From the NCBI GenBank assembly GCA_964626515.1, contig CAZVGH010000002.1, positions 1 through 39,414 on the forward strand: a stretch of 39,414 nt of DNA, given 5' to 3'. Made by a program: the position numbers and the translations under genes. Each line of letters begins with the position of its first letter. Positions within the stretch are counted from its first letter, which is position 1. A model generated the notes under the pieces. That model ran no database searches and was not told where the DNA came from. It worked only from the letters and a program-made list of their open reading frames with translations. Shown here piece by piece: positions 17,493 to 25,262 of the stretch. The stretch comes from an uncultured Alistipes sp. GTDB lineage: Bacteria; Bacteroidota; Bacteroidia; Bacteroidales; Rikenellaceae.

Positions 17493-17912
17493 ATGGCGGT
17501 GGAGATATTCCATAGCGGTACGGTGGACCGGGTCGAGGGCACGACGGTGCGGGTGCGCATCCTGTCGAAGAGCGCCTGCGGCTCGTGTGCCGCGCGGACG
17601 GCCTGCGGACTGGCCGAGGCGACCGACAAACTGATCGACGTCGTGACGCCCGAAGCCGGCCGTTATGCGGTCGGCGATGCGGTGACGGTCGGCGTGCGGC
17701 GCAACCTCGGGCTGCGGGCCGTGGCGCTCGGCTACGTCGGTGCGCTGGCGGTGCTGCTCGCGGCGCTTGTCGTGACGGTCGGCGTGCTGGGCTGGAGCGA
17801 GGGCGCGGGAGCTGCGGCGACGTTCGGAGCCGTGGCGCTCTACTATGTTATATTATGGCTCTTCAGAGAGCGGATAGCACATACAATTCAATTTACAATA
17901 ACAAAAAACTAA
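17493..17912 (+). CDS. rseC: RseC/MucC-family membrane protein
   Basis: SACGSCAARTAC motif and two C-terminal TMs; TAATG coupling to rnfB. Confidence 0.85.
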   Translation: MAVEIFHSGTVDRVEGTTVRVRILSKSACGSCAARTACGLAEATDKLIDVVTPEAGRYAVGDAVTVGVRRNLGLRAVALGYVGALAVLLAALVVTVGVLGWSEGAGAAATFGAVALYYVILWLFRERIAHTIQFTITKN

Positions 17913-18976
17913 TGGAAGTATTACTTTACACGATCCTGACACTGTGTGTGTTGGGTGTGCTCGCGGCGGTCATTCTCTACTTCGTGGCCCAAAAGTTCAA
18001 GGTAGAGGAGGATCCGCGGATCGACTGCGTGGAGAAGATGCTGCCCGGAGCCAATTGCGGCGGTTGCGGTTTTGCCGGCTGCCGCGGTATGGCCGAGGCG
18101 CTCGTGAAGCGGGATGACATCTCGGCATTGTTCTGCCCCGTGGGCGGCGGCGATACGATGAAGGCCGTAGCCGGCTATCTGGGCAAGGCTGCGGCGGAGA
18201 AGGAGCCGCAGGTGGCCACGGTCCGCTGCGGCGGTACCTGCGCGAAGCGTCCCCGCACGAACCGCTACGACGGCGCTTCGTCGTGCGCCGTTGCGGCTTC
18301 GCTCTATGCGGGCGAGACGGGCTGCTCGTTCGGCTGTATCGGTTACGGCGACTGCGTGACGGTCTGCGCCTTCGGTGCCATCTCGGTCAACCCCGAGACG
18401 GGTATTCCCGAGGTCGACGCCGACAAGTGTACGGCGTGCGGCGCCTGCGTGAAGGCCTGCCCGAAGAAGGTCATCGAGCTGCGCAAGAAGTTCCCCAAGA
18501 ACCGCGCCGTCTACGTCTCCTGCGTCTCGCACGACAAGGGCGCTGCGGTGATGAAGGCCTGCAAGGCGGGCTGCATCGGCTGCGGCAAGTGCGCCAAGAC
18601 CTGCCCCTTCGGTGCCATCATGGTGGAGGGCAACCTGGCCTACATCGACCCCGCGAAGTGCAAGCTCTGCCGCAAGTGCGTGAACGAGTGCCCGACGGGT
18701 GCCATCAAGCTCGTCGGCATGGATCCGCTGCCTAAGGCTCCGAAGGCAGCTCCCGCGGCTCCCGCCGCAGCCAAGGCCGCTCCGGCCGCCGCTGCCGCGA
18801 AGAGCGAGGGCCCGCAGCTCGTCGAGCTGAAGGAGGCCGCGAAGAATCCGCTGACGCTGCTCAACCCGCGCAAGACGGTGGCTGCCGCTCCGAAAGCCGC
18901 CGCTGCCGCCGAGGCGCGCACGCTCGTGCCGCTCAAGGAGGCTGCGCTGCGTCCGCTCCGCCTGCTGAAGCACTAA
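17912..18976 (+). CDS. rnfB: Rnf complex subunit B
   Basis: N-terminal TM, LPGANCGGCGFAGC, several CxxCxxCxxxCP ferredoxin motifs. Confidence 0.93.
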   Translation: MEVLLYTILTLCVLGVLAAVILYFVAQKFKVEEDPRIDCVEKMLPGANCGGCGFAGCRGMAEALVKRDDISALFCPVGGGDTMKAVAGYLGKAAAEKEPQVATVRCGGTCAKRPRTNRYDGASSCAVAASLYAGETGCSFGCIGYGDCVTVCAFGAISVNPETGIPEVDADKCTACGACVKACPKKVIELRKKFPKNRAVYVSCVSHDKGAAVMKACKAGCIGCGKCAKTCPFGAIMVEGNLAYIDPAKCKLCRKCVNECPTGAIKLVGMDPLPKAPKAAPAAPAAAKAAPAAAAAKSEGPQLVELKEAAKNPLTLLNPRKTVAAAPKAAAAAEARTLVPLKEAALRPLRLLKH

Positions 18977-19012
18977 ACACGAATCGTCAAACGAGAAGAG
19001 AACAACAACGAT

Positions 19013-20362
19013 ATGAGAACATTTCCAATGGGCGGAGTTCATCCGTCGGAAAATAAGTTGAGCCGTGCGAAGGCGATCGAGGTGCTGCCGCTGCCCGAGG
19101 TGGTGCAGATCCCGCTTGCCCAGCACATCGGCGCACCGGCTACGGCCAAGGTGGCCAAAGGCGACAAGGTGCTGACGGGTCAGCTCATCGCCGAGGCTAC
19201 GGGCTTCATGTCGGCCAACATCCACGCCCCGATCTCGGGTACCGTGCAGTCGGTCGACCTGCAGCCGAACGGTCAGGGCGTGCGCCAGATGATGATCACC
19301 ATCAAGCGCGAGGGCGACGAGTGGGTCGAGACGATCGACCGCTCGGAGGAGCTCAAGAAGGAGTGCACGCTCGAGCCGCAGGCGATCATCGCCAAGATCA
19401 AGGAGGCGGGCATCGTCGGTATGGGCGGTGCCACGTTCCCGACGCAGGTCAAGCTGTCGGTGCCTCCCGGAAAGAAGGCCGAGTGCCTGATTATCAACGG
19501 TGTCGAGTGCGAGCCCTACCTCACCTCCGACCACCGCACGATGCTCGAGCACGGCGAGGAGCTCCTCGTCGGCGTGACGATCCTCATGAAGGCGATCGGC
19601 GTCGAGAAGGCCTACATCGGCATCGAGAACAACAAGCCCGATGCGATCGCCCACCTGCAGCAGCTCGCCGCCGCCTACAAGGGCATCGAGGTGACGCCGC
19701 TCAAGGTGCGCTACCCGCAGGGCGGTGAGAAGCAGCTGATCGCAGCCGTTACGGGCCGTCAGGTGCCTCCTCCGCCGGCTCTGCCGATCGACGTGGGTGC
19801 CGTGGTTTGCAACGCTTCGACGACCTACGCCGTCTACCGTGCCGTGCAGAAAAACATGCCGCTCATCGAGCGCGTGGTGACGATCACCGGCAAGGGGCTG
19901 AAGGAGCCGAAGAACCTCCTGACGCGCATGGGTACCCCGATCACGTCGCTGCTCGAGGCTGCCGGCGGTCTGCCGGAGGATGCGGGCAAGGTCATCAACG
20001 GCGGCCCGATGATGGGTCGTGCGATGGTGAACCTCGAGTCGCCCGTGACGAAGGGCTGCTCGGGCATCACGGTCATGAGCGGCCGCGACGCCGAGCGCAA
20101 GACGGCCGGTCAGTGCATGAAGTGCGCCAAGTGCGTCGAGGCCTGCCCGATGGGTCTGGAGCCCTACTACCTCTCGAAAATGACGCAGAAGAAGAACTGG
20201 GACGAAGTCGAGGCGCAGATGATCACCTCGTGCATCGAGTGCGGCTGCTGCCAGTCGACCTGCCCCGCCTACCTGCCGCTGCTCGACTGGGTACGCCTCG
20301 GTAAGCAGACCACGATGGGCATCATCCGTGCGCGCATGGCTGCCGCAGCTCCTAAAAAGTAA
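19013..20362 (+). CDS. rnfC: Rnf complex subunit C
   Basis: QHIGAP, GIVGMGGATFPT, ECEPYLTSD, GGPMMG, two 4Fe-4S motifs. Confidence 0.96.
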   Translation: MRTFPMGGVHPSENKLSRAKAIEVLPLPEVVQIPLAQHIGAPATAKVAKGDKVLTGQLIAEATGFMSANIHAPISGTVQSVDLQPNGQGVRQMMITIKREGDEWVETIDRSEELKKECTLEPQAIIAKIKEAGIVGMGGATFPTQVKLSVPPGKKAECLIINGVECEPYLTSDHRTMLEHGEELLVGVTILMKAIGVEKAYIGIENNKPDAIAHLQQLAAAYKGIEVTPLKVRYPQGGEKQLIAAVTGRQVPPPPALPIDVGAVVCNASTTYAVYRAVQKNMPLIERVVTITGKGLKEPKNLLTRMGTPITSLLEAAGGLPEDAGKVINGGPMMGRAMVNLESPVTKGCSGITVMSGRDAERKTAGQCMKCAKCVEACPMGLEPYYLSKMTQKKNWDEVEAQMITSCIECGCCQSTCPAYLPLLDWVRLGKQTTMGIIRARMAAAAPKK

Positions 20363-20383
20363 CAGAAAAACAGCAAGATAATT

Positions 20384-21349
20384 ATGGCAAACAAACTTAT
20401 TGTCTCGCCGTCACCCCATGTGCAGTCGACGCAGTCCACGGCCTCGATCATGCGCGATGTCGTCATCGCGCTCATCCCGGCGCTGGTCGTTTCGACGGTG
20501 GTGTTCGGTGCGAGCGTACTCGCCGTGACGGCCCTTTCGGTGGTCGCCTGCGTTCTGTTCGAGTACCTGATTCAGCGCTTCCTGGTGAAGGGCCCCTGCA
20601 CGATCTGCAACTGGTCGGCAGCCGTTACGGGCGTCCTGCTCGCCTTCAACCTCCCCGCGTCGATTCCGTGGTGGATCGTCGTGATCGGCGCCTTCGTGGC
20701 GATCGCCGTGGCCAAGATGACCTTCGGCGGTCTGGGCAAGAACCCCTTCAACCCCGCGCTGGTGGGTCGTGTCTTCCTGCTGATCGCCTATCCCGTGCAG
20801 ATGACCTCGTTCCCCGCGCCGCAGAGCGGTGCGCTTGACGCTCTGTCGGGTGCTACGCCGCTGGCTGCCGTGAAGCACGGCGTCGAGGCCGGTGTGCTGC
20901 CGATGCAGGACCTGCTGCTGGGTAACATGCCCGGTTCGCTCGGCGAGGTGGCTTCGCTGGCGCTCCTGCTCGGCTTCGTCTACCTGCTGTGGCGCAAGGT
21001 GATCTCGTGGCACATTCCCGTGACGGTGCTCGTTACGATGGCGCTCTTCGCCTTCGTCGTGGCGCTGTCGCGCGGCGGTGACGCCTCGATGCTGTGGCAG
21101 TTCCCGCTCTTCCACGTGCTGGCCGGCGGTGCGCTGCTCGGTTCGATCTTCATGGCTACGGACTACGCGACCTCGCCGATGACGGTCAAGGGTGCCGTGA
21201 TCTACGCCGCAGGTATCGGTGCGATCACGATGTGCATCCGCCTCTGGGGTGCCTATCCCGAGGGTATGTCGTTCGCGATCCTCATCATGAACTCCGTCAC
21301 GCCGCTTCTGAACAAGTATATCAAACCCAAGCGCTTCGGCGTCAAATAA
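20384..21349 (+). CDS. rnfD: Rnf complex subunit D
   Basis: SPSPH, FGGLGKNPFNPA, SGATPL, FMATD. Confidence 0.96.
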   Translation: MANKLIVSPSPHVQSTQSTASIMRDVVIALIPALVVSTVVFGASVLAVTALSVVACVLFEYLIQRFLVKGPCTICNWSAAVTGVLLAFNLPASIPWWIVVIGAFVAIAVAKMTFGGLGKNPFNPALVGRVFLLIAYPVQMTSFPAPQSGALDALSGATPLAAVKHGVEAGVLPMQDLLLGNMPGSLGEVASLALLLGFVYLLWRKVISWHIPVTVLVTMALFAFVVALSRGGDASMLWQFPLFHVLAGGALLGSIFMATDYATSPMTVKGAVIYAAGIGAITMCIRLWGAYPEGMSFAILIMNSVTPLLNKYIKPKRFGVK

Positions 21350-21361
21350 CGGTAGAGAGAG

Positions 21362-22027
21362 ATGAAAAGTACACTTATCAATATGGTGGCGGTGCTCTTC
21401 ACGATCACGCTCATCGCATCGGCCGGTGTCGGTGTCGTGAACATGATTACCGAGCAGCCGATCGCCGATGCGAAGGCCGCTGCGACGCAGCAGGCTTTGA
21501 GCGAGGTCCTGCCCGCCTTCGAGCAGACCTCGATCGAGGAACTGGAGATCGACGGCCTGCAGATCAAGGTCTACACGGCTACGAAGGGCGAGGCGCTCGC
21601 CGGTTATGCCGTCGAGACGCAGACCAAGCAGGGCTTCAACGGCGTAGTAAAACTCATGGTGGGCTTCCTGCCCGACGGTACGGTGACGAACGTCAACGTG
21701 CTCGAGCAGGCCGAGACGCCGGGTCTGGGTTCGAAGATGACCGAGGAGGGCAACCCCCTGCTGAAGTCGATCCGCAACTGCAAACTCGAGGAGAAGAAGC
21801 TCGTGAACGGCCGGCTGGCCGTTACGAAGGACGGCGGCGACGTTGATGCCCTGACCGCCGCGACGATCTCGTCGCGTGCCTATGTCGACGCGGTCAACCG
21901 TGCCTGGACGGCCATGACGAGCGTTCGCGACAACAAGCAGCCGGCGGATGCCGCTTCGGGCGCTACGGCAGCAACTACGGTACAAACAGAGGAGCCTGCG
22001 GCTCGGGAAGGAGAGAGCAATGAATAA
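21362..22027 (+). CDS. rnfG: Rnf complex subunit G
   Basis: ETPGLG, DALTAATISS. Confidence 0.94.
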   Translation: MKSTLINMVAVLFTITLIASAGVGVVNMITEQPIADAKAAATQQALSEVLPAFEQTSIEELEIDGLQIKVYTATKGEALAGYAVETQTKQGFNGVVKLMVGFLPDGTVTNVNVLEQAETPGLGSKMTEEGNPLLKSIRNCKLEEKKLVNGRLAVTKDGGDVDALTAATISSRAYVDAVNRAWTAMTSVRDNKQPADAASGATAATTVQTEEPAAREGESNE

Positions 22028-22604
22028 GCTGCAAATCATTACGAGTGGTATTCTGAAAAACAACCCGACCTTCGTGCTGGTGCTGGGTATGTGCCCGACG
22101 CTGGGTACGACCACCTCGGCTTCGAACGGTATGGGTATGGGTCTGGCCACGATGGCCGTGCTGATTATGTCGAACCTGGTGATCTCGCTCATCAAGAACC
22201 TGATCCCCGACAAGGTGCGCATTCCGGCCTTCATCGTCGTCATCGCATCGTTCGTGACGATCATCCAGATGCTCATGCAGGCCTTCGTGCCGGCGCTCTA
22301 CGCTTCGCTGGGTGTCTTCATCCCGCTGATCGTGGTGAACTGCATCATTCTGGGTCGCGCCGAGGCCTTCGCCTCGAAGAACGGCGCCTTCGATTCGATC
22401 CTCGACGGTATCGGCATCGGCTTGGGCTTCACGCTCTCGCTGACGGTGATCGGTGCCGTGCGCGAGATTCTCGGCAGCGGTGCCGTATTCGGTGTGTCGC
22501 TCGGTACGGCGGATGTGATGCCGCTCGTCTTCGTGCTGGCACCGGGCGGCTTCCTCACGCTGGGCTACCTCATGGTATTGTTTAACAAATTAGCCAAGAA
22601 ATAG
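22020..22604 (+). CDS. rnfE: Rnf complex subunit E
   Basis: [31 protein letters not shown]. Confidence 0.95.
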   Translation: MNKLQIITSGILKNNPTFVLVLGMCPTLGTTTSASNGMGMGLATMAVLIMSNLVISLIKNLIPDKVRIPAFIVVIASFVTIIQMLMQAFVPALYASLGVFIPLIVVNCIILGRAEAFASKNGAFDSILDGIGIGLGFTLSLTVIGAVREILGSGAVFGVSLGTADVMPLVFVLAPGGFLTLGYLMVLFNKLAKK

Positions 22605-22606
22605 TC

Positions 22607-23185
22607 ATGGAGATTTCCTACTTTGCAATCATTATCGGTGCCATCTTCGTCAATAACGTCGTTCTGGCCCAGTTCCTCGGCATCTGCCCCTTCCTGGGCG
22701 TGTCGTCGAAAGTGGAGACCTCGCTCGGCATGAGCGCCGCCGTGACCTTCGTCATGGCGCTGACGGCTCTCGTCTGCTGGCCGCTGCAGACGTTTGTCCT
22801 CAATCCGCTCAACATCGGCTACATGCAGACGATCGTCTTCATCCTAGTGATCGCCGCGCTGGTGCAGATGGTCGAGATCATTCTTAAGAAGGTTTCGCCC
22901 GCGCTCTACCAGGCGCTCGGTATCTTCCTGCCGCTGATCACGACCAACTGCGCCGTGCTGGGTGTGGCCATTCTGATGATCCAGAAGGAGTTCACGCTGC
23001 TTCAGAGCGTTACTTACTCGGTGTCGACGGCGCTCGGCTTCGGCCTTGCGCTGGTGCTCTTCGCCGGTTTGCGCGAGCGCCTCGATTTCGAGGATGTTCC
23101 TGCCGCTTTCAAAGGGGTGCCCATCGCACTCATAACGGCCGGCATTTTGGCCATGGCCTTTATGGGATTTTCGGGTCTGGTATAA
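22607..23185 (+). CDS. rnfA: Rnf complex subunit A
   Basis: [28 protein letters not shown]. Confidence 0.96.
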   Translation: MEISYFAIIIGAIFVNNVVLAQFLGICPFLGVSSKVETSLGMSAAVTFVMALTALVCWPLQTFVLNPLNIGYMQTIVFILVIAALVQMVEIILKKVSPALYQALGIFLPLITTNCAVLGVAILMIQKEFTLLQSVTYSVSTALGFGLALVLFAGLRERLDFEDVPAAFKGVPIALITAGILAMAFMGFSGLV

Positions 23186-23209
23186 GCCCGAAACACCCCT
23201 TTTTGCCGC

Positions 23210-23245
23210 ACCGCCTGTCCCGAATTTCGGGGCGGGCGGTTTTTT
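23210..23245 (+). terminator. Intrinsic terminator of the rnf operon
   Basis: ACCGCCTGTCCCGAA / TTCGGGGCGGGCGGT stem followed by a T-tract. Confidence 0.85.
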
Positions 23246-23335
23246 GTTTCGGTTGCGGACGATAAATGGGTAACTGCGTATGATAAGTACGATGCTCGGG
23301 CACTGTTTGTAGTCGTGAACCTGCGAGTTTGTCGC

Positions 23336-23371
23336 AAAAAAAGCCCGCTCTGCATTATGCGGAGCGGGCTT
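23336..23371 (-). terminator. Intrinsic terminator of the beta-barrel gene
   Basis: AAGCCCGCTCCGCAT / ATGCAGAGCGGGCTT stem plus T-tract on the minus strand. Confidence 0.85.
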
Positions 23372-23407
23372 GAATACGGAGGTATGATCGCCGGGCCTCC
23401 GTTCCGG

Positions 23408-23956
23408 TTAGAACTTTAGACCGACCTTTACGAAGAACGAGTTGATGGCATAGCTGCCGTTCGTTGCCTGATGCTGGCAGCCGAGACCGAAGTTGAGCTT
23501 GCCGTAGTTCAGACCGACGCCATACGAAGCATACAGACCGCCGTCAGCATCGCCTGTGATGAAAGGCGAGTAACCCAAGTCGATGCTCACATAGGGGGCG
23601 AATTTCTCGCTGACGGGGTAGTAGCCCTTCATGTCTACGAATACCGGCAGCGTGATATCCTTCCACTCGTGTGCATATTGAACGCCGATACCCAGACCGA
23701 CGAAGGCGTACTTCGTGATGCGTACACCGTGAATCGTCTCGGCGAAGACACGACCGAAGTCTGCCGAATGGCCGTCTACCGTACCGTTGAGGCCATAGCC
23801 GACATTCACTTCGCCCTGATACCAGATATTCACCTCCCGGGTCTTGGTCTGGTAGGTCTTTTCGTGGTTGATGTTCGTGACCGTCATCTTCTGTGCGAAC
23901 GACGTGGCCGGAGCGACCATCATGGCCGCTACCAGCAAAAGAAAGAATTTCTTCAT
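23408..23956 (-). CDS. Small outer-membrane beta-barrel protein
   Basis: Signal peptide ending SFA-Q; alternating aromatic/Gly strands; C-terminal FVKVGLKF. Confidence 0.8.
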   Translation of the reverse strand: MKKFFLLLVAAMMVAPATSFAQKMTVTNINHEKTYQTKTREVNIWYQGEVNVGYGLNGTVDGHSADFGRVFAETIHGVRITKYAFVGLGIGVQYAHEWKDITLPVFVDMKGYYPVSEKFAPYVSIDLGYSPFITGDADGGLYASYGVGLNYGKLNFGLGCQHQATNGSYAINSFFVKVGLKF

Positions 23957-24015
23957 GTTTGTAAAATAATTAAAGGTTATAAAAAAGGGTTAAAAAAGGT
24001 TTGCTGTTGTCCGTG

Positions 24016-24684
24016 TCAGTCTTTTGCGCCGATGCGTTTTGCGCTGTCCTCCGTTAACTGGGCGTTGACATTCGAGTTCGAAAGCGTTCCCTGCAGGTAA
24101 AGATCCTTGATCCAGCGGTCTTTCTCCGTGCCGGTTCGGAAGCCCGTGTAACGGGCGGGAAAGCCCGTCATTTCGACTTGCATGACGTATTTGCCGTTGC
24201 GCTCGCACGGCACCTCGGTCGAAGTGACACCGCCCGCATCGTCGGTCACCTGTACCATTTCGAGTTTGTGTGTGATCTTGAACTGCGGCATGACGATCAG
24301 ATCGGCCTGCTCCTGGGTACAGAAATCGTAGATGGCCGAGGCCTTCAGCTGGGTGTAGAGGACGTCGAGTACGACATTGAAATTGATACCTTTGACATTC
24401 TCGATCTTGCTCATGAGGTATTCTCCCGTGAACTTGCGATTTTCGAATGTGGTCGTCGTGCCGCTGTTCCGGCCGATTACCTCGACTTTGGCGATGAGCG
24501 GCTCGATGAGCATCTCGTGCTTGGATTCGAGGGCCGTCGCCTCGGTTCGTTCGTAGGTGGCCTGTATATCGGCCAGTCGGGTGGTGGTGATGGTTTTTGC
24601 CGTGCTGCGCTGGGCATACGCGGCGTTGCTGCCTGCAACGATGGCGGCGGCAGTCAGTAGTAGGGAAATACACAATTTCTTCAT
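24016..24684 (-). CDS. Secreted hypothetical protein
   Basis: Signal peptide ending AYA-Q; natural composition; co-oriented with the barrel gene. Confidence 0.75.
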   Translation of the reverse strand: MKKLCISLLLTAAAIVAGSNAAYAQRSTAKTITTTRLADIQATYERTEATALESKHEMLIEPLIAKVEVIGRNSGTTTTFENRKFTGEYLMSKIENVKGINFNVVLDVLYTQLKASAIYDFCTQEQADLIVMPQFKITHKLEMVQVTDDAGGVTSTEVPCERNGKYVMQVEMTGFPARYTGFRTGTEKDRWIKDLYLQGTLSNSNVNAQLTEDSAKRIGAKD

Positions 24685-24728
24685 AACGAGAAATTCGGGT
24701 GCACCCTCGGCTCCTATGATGCGGTGTG

Positions 24729-24958
24729 AAAAAAAGAAAGTGTGGAGTCGATTCGTTTATCTGACGAGAGGCTCCGGTAAGCCCGAAAACAAATAAACAA
24801 TACCCCACACTTGTAAGGCAGCGAAATGCGAATCGCATGCCGATACAAGTGATGAGTGCGTCGTTTTCCTTGTTTTCTCGAAATTTACCGGATTTCTCGT
24901 CAAGGATAAAAGCGAAACACTTTCATCGAATATGTCTTGACTGTCTTCACAGACAGCC
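24729..24958 (-). ncRNA. Structured leader/antisense-attenuator RNA, copy 2
   Basis: Lies downstream of -7 box 24963-24970; hairpins 24939-24958 (GUGA tetraloop), 24905-24927, 24808-24851; blocks 24885-24902 complementary to 24762-24780; terminator stem plus U-tract 45 nt before ATG 24684. Confidence 0.7.
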
Positions 24959-24962
24959 GCGA

Positions 24963-24970
24963 CAAAGATA
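24963..24970 (-). promoter_or_regulatory. -7 promoter element upstream of structured RNA copy 2
   Basis: TATCTTTG on the minus strand. Confidence 0.6.
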
Positions 24971-25133
24971 ATGAATGTTTTTCGAAACGACAACACCCAG
25001 CGGGATATTGTTCAAGGACAAAGGTCGGTAAAACAAACCGTAGTTGCAAGCCCCCGAACGGACGTATCATCAATTTGTTTTGCGTAAATTGGGGAGGGGT
25101 TGGCGTTTAGATGAACTGCAGGAGTTTTTTTAC

Positions 25134-25172
25134 AAAAAAACTCCTGCCCCGAAGATTCGGACAGGAGTTTTC
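25134..25172 (-). terminator. Intrinsic terminator of the SusCD-ABC operon
   Basis: AAAACTCCTGTCCGAA / TTCGGGGCAGGAGTTTT TTT on the minus strand. Confidence 0.8.
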
Positions 25173-25262
25173 GTTTGCGGCCGTCGATGCGGTGCGCGCG
25201 GCACCGATCGGCCTAATTGCCTCTTTTGGGCGGCCGTTGGGCCGGGCTGATACCGTTTCGGA

